Part shown: piece by piece, positions 1 to 10,024 of the stretch
Layout: the number at the start of each line of letters is the position of its first letter
How positions within the stretch are numbered: position 1 is the first letter of the stretch
Assembly: GCA_965223665.1 (NCBI GenBank)
Contig: OZ245011.1
Location: 1,152,001 to 1,216,000, forward strand
Reading direction: 5' to 3'
Origin: Nitrospinaceae bacterium
GTDB lineage: Bacteria > Nitrospinota > Nitrospinia > Nitrospinales > Nitrospinaceae
DNA length: 64,000 nt
The notes under the pieces: model-generated
Told to the model about the DNA's origin: nothing
Database searches by the model: none
Seen by the model: the letters and a program-made list of their open reading frames with translations, nothing else
Translations under genes and position numbers: made by a program

Positions 1-1330
1 CCCAATGGAAATTGTCCTGGCGCGTCACTAACTATAGAAGCCACTTCAATATTGTCGGAAGCTGTAGCTGTTCCAATATTCACGGTATTTAATTTTCCGG
101 TCGCTTCCATGGTTTTATCCGATGGCGCGGTGACCACTGGTGGAATGGTATCTTCAGTTTTAGTTACCGTGACTACTTGTTGATCAGAACTTGTATTTCC
201 GGAAGAGTCAGTGGCTGTCCAAGTTACAGTTGTTGAACCCACCGGAAATAATGAGGGAGCATTATTGGTGATGGAAACCACTTCCACCTTATCCGTTGCA
301 GTAGCGGTTCCAATATTGACTGTAATATCGTCTCCCTCCGTTGAAGCGGAAACATCTGCCGGCGCTGTTACCACCGGTGGAGTTGTATCCTGAACATTAA
401 TTTTCTGAGTATCATTTGCGGTGTTACCAGAAGTATCTGTCGCAGTCCACGTAACTATCGTAGACCCTACTGGAAACTGAGAAGGGGCATTGTTAACTAT
501 CGAAGCCACTTCAATATTGTCGGAAGCTGTGGCTGTCCCAATGTTCACGGTATTTAATTTTCCGGTAGCTTCCATGGTCTTATCAGAAGGTGCTGTCACT
601 ACTGGGGGAATTGTATCTTCCGTTTTGGTTACCGTGACTACTTGTTGATCAGTACTCGTATTTCCAGAAGAATCAGTGGCTGTCCAAGTTACAGTTGTTG
701 AACCCACCGGAAATAATGAGGGAGCATTATTGGTGATGGAAACCACTTCTACCTTATCCGTTGCAGTAGCAGTTCCAATATTAACTGCAATATCGTCTCC
801 CTCCGTTGAAGCGGAAACATCTGCCGGCGCTGTTACAACCGGCGGAGTGGTATCTTGAACATTAATTTTTTGAGTATCATTTGCGGTGTTACCAGAAGTA
901 TCTGTCGCAGTCCACGTAACTATCGTAGACCCTACAGGAAACTGAGAAGGCGCATTGTTAACAATGGATGCCACTTCAATATTGTCAGTAGCCGTAGCCG
1001 TCCCAATTTCTACCGTATTTAACTTTCCATTCGCTTCCATGGTTTTATCAGATGGCGCGGTGACCACTGGTGGAATGGTATCTTCCGTTTTAGTTACCGT
1101 GACTACTTGTTGATCAGTACTCGTATTTCCGGAAGAGTCAGTGGCCATCCAAGTCACAGTTGTTGAGCCCTCTGGAAATAATGAGGGAGCATTATTGGTG
1201 ATAGAAACCACTTCTACCTTATCCGTTGCAGTAGCCGTTCCAATATTGACTGCAATAGAATCCTCTTCTGTACTAATAGAAATATTTTCCGGGGCTGTTA
1301 TCACAGGTGGAGTGGTATCTTTTACTATTA
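1..1330. repeat. Intragenic tandem repeat with 465-nt period (two HYR domains per unit)
   Basis: Near-identical segments start at 211, 676 and 1141; the + strand shadow ORFs are almost identical. Confidence 0.9.
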
Positions 1331-2156
1331 TTGTTTGGGAATCTGTTCCAGTATTCCCAGAAGTATCAGTTGCTATCCAAACAACCGTAGTTGTTCCCAC
1401 TGGAAATTGAGAAGGAGCATTATGAGTTAGTGATGCTATACCGACGTTATCTGTTGCATAGGCCTGCCCAATATCCACTGTGTTTAATTTTCCTGAAGCT
1501 TCTATTTCTTTATCTCCAGGAGCAGTTACTACCGGTGGAATCGTGTCAAATTCAGGTTCGCTATTACTTTTTACAATAATCAATTGAGTATCTGTTGAAC
1601 TGTTACCAGAAGAGTCAGTAGCCGTCCAAACTACGGAAGTAGTTCCCAAAGGAAATAAAGCAGGGGCATTATTTGTTAAGGAAACTAATTTAACTTTATC
1701 TGAAGCAGTTGCCAATCCAATGTCAACTGGAGTTTCTTCTGAATCAATAGTAACCGTAATATCTTCAGGGGCTGTTACTTCTGGTGGAGTAGTATCTTGA
1801 ATTACCACTGATTGCGTATCAGTTCCAATATTCCCGGCAGCATCCTTTGCTGTCCATGTAACAATGGTGGAACCAAGAGGAAATTTTGACGGAGCATCGT
1901 TAGTAATGGAAACAACACCAACATTATCGGTAAAAACAGGTTGCCCAAGGTTCACCGGGGTAAGTTTGCCCACTGCTTCCTTTAATTTATCTCCAGGAGC
2001 AGTAATCACCGGGGATTCAGTATCCGGTTCCCCTCCACCATTTTTTATATTTTTTCCCTTAAGGCCACCCGCTGCAGCAAAAGCTGATCCGGAGACTAGA
2101 AGAAAAATCATTGCTGTCAAAAAGCTAATTAATTTATATTTAGTTGCCCTAACCAT
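1..2156 (-). CDS. Large secreted HYR-domain repeat surface protein (3' end beyond window start)
   Basis: Not in ORF track because it runs off the window. Manual translation from ATG 2156: MVRATKYKLISFLTAMIFLLVSGSAFAAA (signal peptide), then repeats such as DTTPPEVTAP...TDNVGVVSITNDAPSKFPLGSTIVTWTAKDAAGN, typical of HYR domains. AAGGA RBS upstream. Confidence 0.88.
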   Translation of the reverse strand, partial: MVRATKYKLISFLTAMIFLLVSGSAFAAAGGLKGKNIKNGGGEPDTESPVITAPGDKLKEAVGKLTPVNLGQPVFTDNVGVVSITNDAPSKFPLGSTIVTWTAKDAAGNIGTDTQSVVIQDTTPPEVTAPEDITVTIDSEETPVDIGLATASDKVKLVSLTNNAPALFPLGTTSVVWTATDSSGNSSTDTQLIIVKSNSEPEFDTIPPVVTAPGDKEIEASGKLNTVDIGQAYATDNVGIASLTHNAPSQFPVGTTTVVWIATDTSGNTGTDSQTIIVKDTTPPVITAPENISISTEEDSIAVNIGTATATDKVEVVSITNNAPSLFPEGSTTVTWMATDSSGNTSTDQQVVTVTKTEDTIPPVVTAPSDKTMEANGKLNTVEIGTATATDNIEVASIVNNAPSQFPVGSTIVTWTATDTSGNTANDTQKINVQDTTPPVVTAPADVSASTEGDDIAVNIGTATATDKVEVVSITNNAPSLFPVGSTTVTWTATDSSGNTSTDQQVVTVTKTEDTIPPVVTAPSDKTMEATGKLNTVNIGTATASDNIEVASIVNNAPSQFPVGSTIVTWTATDTSGNTANDTQKINVQDTTPPVVTAPADVSASTEGDDITVNIGTATATDKVEVVSITNNAPSLFPVGSTTVTWTATDSSGNTSSDQQVVTVTKTEDTIPPVVTAPSDKTMEATGKLNTVNIGTATASDNIEVASIVSDAPGQFPL

Positions 2157-2226
2157 GATTTATCCTTTTATTCAAAAATTCCTTAAGAACATCCTTCTTA
2201 TTTAGAAAACAACCTTTATTGTAAAT

Positions 2227-3564
2227 TTATGAAGAACTTAAATTTTTCCAACTTCCACCACTGAATACATTCAAAGTCTGCGTGGAAGTGTTATAAATCA
2301 TTAAACCTTCTGGAACGGATCCCATGGCATCTCTTTGGCTGGAAGTCATTCTAGGTGGAAGAAAACCTTTACTAGAAGAGTCCGCACCTAAAGCCACCCT
2401 TGGATGAATATCCATTGATTTATTTCCAACATAAACACCTGGTAACTTAAAGAAATTTCCATTTCCGCCAGTCATTACCGCAGGAGGTGAGGTCCATAAA
2501 CTATTGTCTTTGGCACTTCCTTCCAAACCATAGAACTCAGTTCTGGTAGCGGCATTGTCAACATCTCGGGGATTGCCCTCTAAATTAACACTATAAAAAC
2601 GATTATTGGCATTCCCCCAAAATTCCCATTTATCTGTACTATCAATAACTATAGCAGTAGGAATTTCTCTTGGAGTGTTACCAGCATATGGAGTTTCTTT
2701 TAAAATAATATCTGTCATTGAACAATGAACACAAGTGTTAGTGTCACCACTTTCAATATGAAAACCCACATTCATATATCGCATAGAAATATTTTCAAAA
2801 TGATTCCTGTTCACGCTGGGTGAATGATAAACCCCACTTGCCAAATAAATCCCGCGTACCATATAACTTAGAGAAATATGTGAAAAAGAATTCCAATAAC
2901 AAGCGCTGTTGGCATCATCAGGTCCACACATCATCAGGATCCCCTCCTGGGTATTTCCTATGTGAACATTCTCGACCACATTGTAGGCAATTCTTGATAA
3001 ATTAGATTCGTCCTGCATATCATCAGGTACCATTCCAATTCCAACAACACCCGTATTTAATTCTCCATAATTAACCCCACCATTTATTGTAAGGTCTTTA
3101 ATAGTGGCATAGCCAGCAGAAACTCGAATAATGATTAAGTCATCTGAGTCCCCTTGAATTACTGATGATTTTCCGGCCCCACGAAGTGTAACTCTATTAT
3201 TTCGGCCATTGGTTACGTCTGTAGGTCTATTAAATGTATCATTTTCGTTTCGCAGATAAATGCCATTTTTCATCACCCGACCTTGAAACGTATCGCCTGA
3301 TCCAGGTTGACCCACAACTCTATATTTTCCAGGAGGAAAATAAACTGTTCCGCCCCCAAGATTTTTTACATATAAAGAATCAACAGCGGCCTGAATCGCT
3401 AAAGTATCATCCGTAATTCCATCGCCTTTGGCTCCGAAATCTTTAACGTTTACAAAATAATCTGTCGTTTGGGCAATACCTTGAGTTCCCAAAAATGTAA
3501 TAAAAATCAGGGCAATTAAAACTTGCACCTTAAATATTTTTTTTATTTTAAATCGGGTCTTCAT
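2227..3564 (-). CDS. Secreted right-handed beta-helix protein (pectate lyase 3/GH28-like N-terminus)
   Basis: Signal peptide; FVNVKDFGAKGDGITDDTLAIQAA...GGTVYFPPGKY motif; C-terminal SSKGFLPPRMTSSQRDAM...GLMIYNT module. Confidence 0.8.
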   Translation of the reverse strand: MKTRFKIKKIFKVQVLIALIFITFLGTQGIAQTTDYFVNVKDFGAKGDGITDDTLAIQAAVDSLYVKNLGGGTVYFPPGKYRVVGQPGSGDTFQGRVMKNGIYLRNENDTFNRPTDVTNGRNNRVTLRGAGKSSVIQGDSDDLIIIRVSAGYATIKDLTINGGVNYGELNTGVVGIGMVPDDMQDESNLSRIAYNVVENVHIGNTQEGILMMCGPDDANSACYWNSFSHISLSYMVRGIYLASGVYHSPSVNRNHFENISMRYMNVGFHIESGDTNTCVHCSMTDIILKETPYAGNTPREIPTAIVIDSTDKWEFWGNANNRFYSVNLEGNPRDVDNAATRTEFYGLEGSAKDNSLWTSPPAVMTGGNGNFFKLPGVYVGNKSMDIHPRVALGADSSSKGFLPPRMTSSQRDAMGSVPEGLMIYNTSTQTLNVFSGGSWKNLSSS

Positions 3565-3619
3565 AATTCATCCTTCAACACAAAATAATTTTTGTAATCC
3601 TCCCCATTCACTTTTACAT

Positions 3620-3635
3620 TGCAATTCGCTTACCA
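3620..3635 (-). promoter_or_regulatory. Putative sigma54 -24/-12 promoter
   Basis: Minus strand TGGTAAGCGAATTGCA (GG-N10-GC), about 55 nt upstream of the beta-helix gene. Confidence 0.6.
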
Positions 3636-4117
3636 TACCCTAATTGAGGCATACTTTAAAAAATAAGCGCCAAAATATTAAAGATTTTCATCTTGAAAAA
3701 AATTATTTTTAAATGATTACTTTAATAAAAGGGTATTAACATACCCCTTAAATTGTTATTTTTATCAAACTACACTTAACACAAAAGTGCACACCTTGAT
3801 TATCTGGATAAATTTTTATAAGTTAATCGATAAATGACGGAGGAATGTCAAAAAAGTATTACTATTTTTTCTTTTCAAACATTTACATTGCAGCATTATT
3901 TTTTTTATTGTTTTACTCCAAAGAGATTTATTATCTGAATACCGACTATTTGGATAAAAATTTGCTGGAATTATTTTTAACTTAATTATATGATTCTGTA
4001 TAAACCCTTTCTGTTTTGTATTTTTCTCTTAATAGAAAGCGTCCACCTAATAAATTGAAAAAATTTTCAATTTACTTTTAACCTTCCGAAAATCATAAAT
4101 TATCCTGCGAGGCAAAA

Positions 4118-4816
4118 ATCCGAACTAAAACCGTTGCTATTATTCAATCAAATTACATTCCCTGGAAGGGCTATTTTGATGTCATCCACATGGTCGATGA
4201 ATTCGTTTTATTTGACGATGCTCAATTTACTAAAAGAGACTGGAGAAATAGAAATCAAATTAAAACCCCGGATGGACTGCATTGGCTGACAATTCCTGTA
4301 GAAGTGAAAGGGAAATACACACAAAAAATTAAAGATACTAAAATATCTGATCCTAAATGGCCTATTTCACATTGGGAAACCATTCGGCATAGTTACAACC
4401 AATCAAGGTTTTTTAACGATTTTAAAGATGCTTTTGAATATTTGTTTTTGAATCGTAAAGAAATGTATTTAAGTGATGTAAATTATATTTTTCTTGAAAC
4501 CATTAAAGAAATTTTAGGTATTAAAACTCGTATTTGGTGGTCTGATGAATTTGACCTTCCTGAAGGCAAGAATGAAAAGCTTATTTCTATATGTAAATCC
4601 CTTAAAGCTACGCACTATCTTTCAGGACCCGCCGCCAAATCTTACATCGACGAATCCCTATTTAATCAAGAAAAAATCCAGGTTGGTTGGATGGACTATA
4701 CGGGCTATCCTGAATACAAACAACTTTACCCCCCCTTTGAACACCAGGTCAGCATTTTGGATTTAATTTTTAATGAAGGACTGGATGCTCCCAACTTTAT
4801 GAAAAGTTTTATTTAA
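4118..4816 (+). CDS. wbqC: WbqC family protein
   Basis: Conserved N-terminal motif VAIIQSNYIPWKGYFD lies in frame upstream of the ORF-track Met (4190); also DDAQFTKRDWRNRN, YLSGPAAKSY and SILDLIFN. Start placed at ATC 4118 (see findings). Confidence 0.8.
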   Translation: MRTKTVAIIQSNYIPWKGYFDVIHMVDEFVLFDDAQFTKRDWRNRNQIKTPDGLHWLTIPVEVKGKYTQKIKDTKISDPKWPISHWETIRHSYNQSRFFNDFKDAFEYLFLNRKEMYLSDVNYIFLETIKEILGIKTRIWWSDEFDLPEGKNEKLISICKSLKATHYLSGPAAKSYIDESLFNQEKIQVGWMDYTGYPEYKQLYPPFEHQVSILDLIFNEGLDAPNFMKSFI

Positions 4817-4850
4817 ACAATTCATCAAGTTGAATCATCTTCAATTCATT

Positions 4851-5273
4851 CTAAGTCTCAGAAACGATTTTCTTTTGAGAATTAATAACTTCCTCCACAG
4901 CCTGGTCAAAAAATAAATCTAATCGATGCCGCATATCCGGGGAAAGTTCAATAAGGCGAGAACGTGCATCCTTTGGGTTTTCTTTTTCAATTAAATAACC
5001 ATGGTTCAAAGCGGTTTCAACATATTTACCTGCCGTTTGGGCACTTTTAAGGTTTACCATAAATCTGGATGCATCCATTTTTCTAACCGGCCCAATGGTT
5101 CTCCACAAACGAGAAAACAAATCCCAATATGAAGTTTGGTAAAATTCACTGTTTCCCTCAAAAACTCCCAACCAGTTTTGACCAATAATGTCAATCATAT
5201 TGAGATATTCGCGTCTTTGGTTACAATTAAATTTTAATTTTTTACTCTCATTTGCCAAAAAAAGACCCTCCAA
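4851..5273 (-). CDS. MarR-like winged-helix DNA-binding protein
   Basis: GYLIEKENPKDARSRLIELS wing motif; start codon uncertain. Confidence 0.6.
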   Translation of the reverse strand: MEGLFLANESKKLKFNCNQRREYLNMIDIIGQNWLGVFEGNSEFYQTSYWDLFSRLWRTIGPVRKMDASRFMVNLKSAQTAGKYVETALNHGYLIEKENPKDARSRLIELSPDMRHRLDLFFDQAVEEVINSQKKIVSET

Positions 5274-5397
5274 TTAACTTCAATTATTAAAATTTTTTAA
5301 TTTAGCCCTCTATATTTTGAGTCCGGTAGCTCCTAAAGCATTATATAACATAATGTTAATTATTAAAATAATTTTATTTATAAATTTATTATTAAAT

Positions 5398-5426
5398 TTG
5401 ACATTAATTTTATAATTATATATATT
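5398..5426 (+). promoter_or_regulatory. Putative sigma70 promoter
   Basis: TTGACA-N17-TATATT upstream of the 5491 ORF. Confidence 0.55.
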
Positions 5427-5490
5427 ATTATCATTAGAAATAAAAAGAATTACGGCGGTTTCAGTATTTAATTATTAAGGAGGACCAGCC

Positions 5491-5880
5491 ATGAAGAAAT
5501 TAACAATAAGTATATTTGCTTCCCTATTACTACTATTGGCACATTCACAGAGTGAGGCTCACCCTCGTTCAGGGGTTTTTGTATCCCCAGGATTTGGATT
5601 TTCAGTTTCGAATGGATTTGTGGGGTTTTCAACATTTTGGGGAGGGCAACCTTATTATCCTCCTGCACAGATTATAATTCCACGCCGACATAATCATTCC
5701 TATTATCGGCCAAGTTTTTATGAAAAACGGCTAAGGTGGAAATTACGCAATGAAAGAAGGATGAACCGTCAACATCGCTTTTTTAAACGTGATCGATTTC
5801 GTGGCCCTCGAAACCAGGGCTTCATATCACCCAACAACGGGCGTCGCGGTAATGGCCACCGGCATCATGGTCGACGTTGA
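5491..5880 (+). CDS. Hypothetical secreted protein with Arg/His-rich tail
   Basis: AGGAGG RBS; signal peptide ending SEA. Confidence 0.75.
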   Translation: MKKLTISIFASLLLLLAHSQSEAHPRSGVFVSPGFGFSVSNGFVGFSTFWGGQPYYPPAQIIIPRRHNHSYYRPSFYEKRLRWKLRNERRMNRQHRFFKRDRFRGPRNQGFISPNNGRRGNGHRHHGRR

Positions 5881-6094
5881 GTGATTTGTTGAAACAAGGA
5901 CAATTGGGGCCCAGGGAGGGGCCTTTTCAAGTCCCTTACCAAATTGACAAATCTCCCAAATAGACTTTCCATCTTTATTGGGTTGCTCTAAATCTTTAAT
6001 TCCAAAAAAATAAATCTTTGAAAACTTTCTTTATTTACCTCAATTAGCTTTGAAAAACAATTGATGATAATTAACCAAGAAGGGAATTGGAGGC

Positions 6095-6170
6095 AAAAAA
6101 TGCGGACCAAGGCCACATAAATGTATGCCTTGACCTTATTGGAGGAGGTAAGACTGCCTTGATCCGCACC
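6095..6170 (-). ncRNA. Candidate small RNA with CCUCCUCC loop
   Basis: 13-bp outer stem (6101-6113 with 6156-6168, one G-U pair on the minus strand) followed by U6; inner hairpin presents CCUCCUCCAA. Confidence 0.4.
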
Positions 6171-6306
6171 ATTTAATTTTAATCAATAACTATAGATTAG
6201 GCCTTCTCCCTTAAAAAATCAATTCAAATAAAATAGATTTTTGAAGTTGAAATATTTTCCAATCATTGAAATTTCTTAATAGGGAAAGATAAGATTTAAT
6301 TACCAT

Positions 6307-6342
6307 AAAAAAATGGGCTTCCGGAATCCATCCGAAAGCCCA
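6307..6342 (-). terminator. Intrinsic terminator of the pilin cluster
   Basis: TGGGCTTTCGGA-tggat-TCCGGAAGCCCA followed by T7. Confidence 0.75.
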
Positions 6343-6374
6343 ATGATAAAATCTTTCTTAAAATTCAAAAAAAG

Positions 6375-8180
6375 TTAAATGTCTTGTTCTGCATTTTCCA
6401 CAACTACATCATCGAAATAGTAAATATCGTGAGAAGCTTCCAATCCAAACTTACCATTGTTAAAGGTACTGTCTGTGGCCTCAAGTTTCCAGTCATTTGG
6501 CTCATCGGCTGAAGGGTCAGCAGGATCCGCAGGCGCCCAGTATTTCACTTTTATTTCATTACCCTTAACTTGGACTTTAAGTGTATAAGGAACAGAATCG
6601 TCAAAAGAAGGTAAATTTTTAGGTGTGTGCGGTAAAGTTTGGGAACTTAACACTGTATCAGAACCACTTTCTCGTTTTCCAATTTGCAATTCATACCCTC
6701 CCGGACGAGCCAATCTTACCCAGAAATAGTCGTCTTCATCTACACTTCTTAAAATAATTCCTGCATATTCACTATTTGCCATAATGCCGCTTCTTTTAAT
6801 ATTTGCTTGCACCACATAATTTTGCCAATTTGAGCAGCCATTTATGGAACCCACATGAACGGCCGGGCCGGTTTGGGATGATTTAAATTCTTCTGAGTCA
6901 ACCACAAAATTCGACCCCCCTGGAACCAAAGGAGCCCACGGTTGTAAAAGCGAACCATCAAAATGATCAATAAATCCCTGGCCACCAAAGGCAAATCCCA
7001 CTGGAATCGCATTATAAATGGGATTTTTATTTCCGTTTCCATCATCTACAAACGCACTTCCAGAAACTGTGGATGTTAAAAATGGATAAGAATAGTCATA
7101 TGAAACGGTAGTCGTTGCCTGACCATTTGTATCAGAGGTTCCTGAGGTGGGGCTTAGAGTAACTCCACTTCCAGTAGCAGTGAAATTCACGGGTTCTCCG
7201 TCAATAGGTTCACCGTTTACATCTAAAAGTGTAACCGTTACCGATGAAGTTCCCGGACAACTTACTGTCTCTGGATTCGCTAATACTTCAACATTTCCCC
7301 AGGGGGCCATCACCAGGTTTCTCGGAGAAGATTGTGCCGTAAAAGTTTCACGATGATATTGATCATTATAAGAGGTTCCACCGCTTACTACAGCTGCCAG
7401 GCTCCCCTGCGGATAAGTTCCCGAGTCATAAAATTCCGACCTTGGATCCTCATTTCGGGAACGCCCTAAAACATCTATTTCAACTTTTCGTATATTGTTT
7501 AGTTCTGCAGCAGGAAGAGTATAAGTCCAATTGCCACTATCTGGAACACCATCATCATCAGCATCAATCCCTTGCGGTAAGAGCTTTCCATAACGATCAT
7601 AATAACGAATCACCATATTATCGATATCCCGCGCAACCAAACTTCTGGTAATATCAGTCCCGTCAGATGTAGGAGTTACTTTGTATAAATTAAAAGGTGT
7701 CTTAGCGGTGGTCATCTTGATGGTAACAGTGGGATTTTCTCCATTTTCTACTGCACCATCCCCATCAACGTCAAAAAATGCTTTAAAGGAAAAGTTATCA
7801 TCATCAGTCCCGTCATATACATTGGCAATCGTATAAGTAATTACTTCATCGTTCTGGATTACATTATCATTATCTTCGTCATACACTGCTGTGAAATAAT
7901 GATCGGAGGCTGACAAAAATCGAGTTCCGCGAATCACGTTAAACCCTGCGTTTTGAACTGACCGAGCTAAAAATTCAGTACCAGCACGACCATTGGCCTG
8001 CATTTTATTCAACTCATTTTGCGTGGTGAATGACTTTTGTTGGGATCGAAACATATGCGCTAATAATCCCAAAACAAGGATTGACATAACGGCAGCCACT
8101 AACAATTCTATAAATGTAAATCCTTTTTCATTAGTCTTGAAAATTTTTTTATTTAGTAAACTAATCATTATTCTTCTCAT
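6375..8180 (-). CDS. PilW-like minor pilin with C-terminal Ig-like (Big_1) and lectin-like beta-sandwich domains
   Basis: KGFTFIELLVA prepilin motif; LARSVQNAGF; DxDxDG motifs; VTVTLLDVNGEPIDGEPVNFT...SDTNGQATT (Big_1-like). Confidence 0.8.
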   Translation of the reverse strand: MRRIMISLLNKKIFKTNEKGFTFIELLVAAVMSILVLGLLAHMFRSQQKSFTTQNELNKMQANGRAGTEFLARSVQNAGFNVIRGTRFLSASDHYFTAVYDEDNDNVIQNDEVITYTIANVYDGTDDDNFSFKAFFDVDGDGAVENGENPTVTIKMTTAKTPFNLYKVTPTSDGTDITRSLVARDIDNMVIRYYDRYGKLLPQGIDADDDGVPDSGNWTYTLPAAELNNIRKVEIDVLGRSRNEDPRSEFYDSGTYPQGSLAAVVSGGTSYNDQYHRETFTAQSSPRNLVMAPWGNVEVLANPETVSCPGTSSVTVTLLDVNGEPIDGEPVNFTATGSGVTLSPTSGTSDTNGQATTTVSYDYSYPFLTSTVSGSAFVDDGNGNKNPIYNAIPVGFAFGGQGFIDHFDGSLLQPWAPLVPGGSNFVVDSEEFKSSQTGPAVHVGSINGCSNWQNYVVQANIKRSGIMANSEYAGIILRSVDEDDYFWVRLARPGGYELQIGKRESGSDTVLSSQTLPHTPKNLPSFDDSVPYTLKVQVKGNEIKVKYWAPADPADPSADEPNDWKLEATDSTFNNGKFGLEASHDIYYFDDVVVENAEQDI

Positions 8181-8191
8181 TAGATTTTTAA

Positions 8192-10024
8192 TTATTCGAT
8201 AAATCCCACACGTTCCACACTAAAAATTGAGGGAATGAAAGGAGGCCAGAAGTTTGGATCCTGGAAACGCACATCCCACCCAAAATTCCGTACCGGCCTT
8301 AAATAACAATTTGAGGATGAGCCATGACACCAATCACCCGTTGCTTGAGTGCTTTCCCACAAGCTGATAAAACTTCCTGAAATGGTGAGAGTTCGGTCAT
8401 TCCCCCAATTTTCATGCATTCTCGGATAGTTGTGTAAACCACCTCCAATTCGAGTTCCACCAACCGGATTGGGTTTGATCCCGGAAAAAAAGGCAGCATT
8501 GACGGTTGTATTTCCTGCTTTAGGATATGTCACGGAATCATCTTTGGAGGTAAAGGAGGTTGACAAAATATTTGTGGCATCACTGACTAAAGCAACACCT
8601 CTGGTTGTGTCAGTATTAAAGTCGCCCTGTATATAAATAGGGTTGTCCGTAGCAACTGTTGTATTCACCCAAACTTTTGCTGGAGAGCCACCTAAGCTAA
8701 GCAGGCGAATCGCCTCGCGCCTAGCACCATTATTTGCGAAAGGTATCGGAGCAGTCGGTGATCTTGAGGTATAAATCAGCATACCATCACCCGCCCAGTT
8801 AAGACCCTGACTGTCCAGATAATCTTTGTACCATTGCCCCAGTCGATGCAAATCTATATCTGTAAAGTCTACATATTTTCCCTCTCTTGTATCATATAGA
8901 GTATCAGTTCCTGCTGTTTCTCGAACTGGTGCAGGACTTAGGGTACCACCAGCATTCAATAAATTTCCTGCTAACACATCTGTAGTGACATTTAGAAGGG
9001 ATGGTCTCGAAACCCAAATTTCAATTGCTCCCCCTGTACCCACAATTTTCATAGAATCTATTCGTGGGTTTTGAGGATCTTCGGCTCGTTGTTCATAAAA
9101 CCCATTTCTAAAAAATTGTGTTTGTGAAGGCGCAGAATATTTATTTTCATTCACATTTACATAACCGTTAAAATTAGGTTCCTCGGTATCTTCATTGCCA
9201 GAATTAATACTTAAAGGCAACTGTCTAAATTCAGAATCTGAACTTGGATCAGAAGAAATATTTAGTGAGTTAGTCTTTTTTACAAAGGTATCTGTTTTAG
9301 AGTATGTATTTCCCGATTTTTGTTTCCCTCTAAACTCTCCACCCATAGACATAAAGTGAGGAGAAAAATTTCCATCAAGATCATAATTCATTATATTAAT
9401 GTCATTGCCCCGTCCCACAATGTACATATCTCTGTTCGCGTGCATTCTCCCCCAAATATTCATATCGGCACCAGGGTACAACTCTAAATCGGCCAAATCT
9501 CCATCTCCCGCATAAAAAGCAAAATACTGAACCAGGGGGGTTTCTAAAATCCGAATTCGCTCCCTTAAAGTCTCTTTAGCCTTACCTGTCAATGAATCAG
9601 ATTCAGCTTCGATATCGAAAGTATGTGCATAATGATAGATAGTTCCTTTCCCTAATACAGTTTGGTATAAAAATCGGTCTAAAGGATTCGTCACATTGTA
9701 GTAAACATCGTACCCACGATAATTACTTATTGTCTTCCCGGGGCTTCCTCCATCATTAGCTGTCGTGGTATAAATACTAAGGTTTTCGAATTCAGAAATA
9801 ATATCGTTAACTGCTGCATCCAGACCCACTTCTGCAGCATAAAAAGATCGCTTTCCTTTATTATGAGCATTCGAGGATTCTAAATTGAGCTGGGTCAATT
9901 TAATTGCACCCATAGCTAAAGCAACCATGGTAGCCAATAGCACAAGCACCACAATCAGCGTACTTCCGGTTTCTTTTTTTGCCTTTCTTATAAACCTATA
10001 AATTGAATCCGAATAATTACTCAT
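8192..10024 (-). CDS. PilX-like minor pilin with a large C-terminal domain
   Basis: ETGSTLIVVLVLL (no Glu5) and SFYAAEVGL, typical of the PilX N-terminus. Confidence 0.8.
   Translation of the reverse strand: MSNYSDSIYRFIRKAKKETGSTLIVVLVLLATMVALAMGAIKLTQLNLESSNAHNKGKRSFYAAEVGLDAAVNDIISEFENLSIYTTTANDGGSPGKTISNYRGYDVYYNVTNPLDRFLYQTVLGKGTIYHYAHTFDIEAESDSLTGKAKETLRERIRILETPLVQYFAFYAGDGDLADLELYPGADMNIWGRMHANRDMYIVGRGNDINIMNYDLDGNFSPHFMSMGGEFRGKQKSGNTYSKTDTFVKKTNSLNISSDPSSDSEFRQLPLSINSGNEDTEEPNFNGYVNVNENKYSAPSQTQFFRNGFYEQRAEDPQNPRIDSMKIVGTGGAIEIWVSRPSLLNVTTDVLAGNLLNAGGTLSPAPVRETAGTDTLYDTREGKYVDFTDIDLHRLGQWYKDYLDSQGLNWAGDGMLIYTSRSPTAPIPFANNGARREAIRLLSLGGSPAKVWVNTTVATDNPIYIQGDFNTDTTRGVALVSDATNILSTSFTSKDDSVTYPKAGNTTVNAAFFSGIKPNPVGGTRIGGGLHNYPRMHENWGNDRTLTISGSFISLWESTQATGDWCHGSSSNCYLRPVRNFGWDVRFQDPNFWPPFIPSIFSVERVGFIE

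Noticed and set aside
1-1330. Regular repeats as a CRISPR array or mobile element
   Set aside because: The 465-nt period is a multiple of three, in frame and coding, with no unique spacers and no cas or transposase genes.
211-2205. Plus-strand ORFs at 211, 676, 1141, 1391 and 1864
   Set aside because: Antisense shadows of the minus-strand HYR gene; their repetition only mirrors its repeat.
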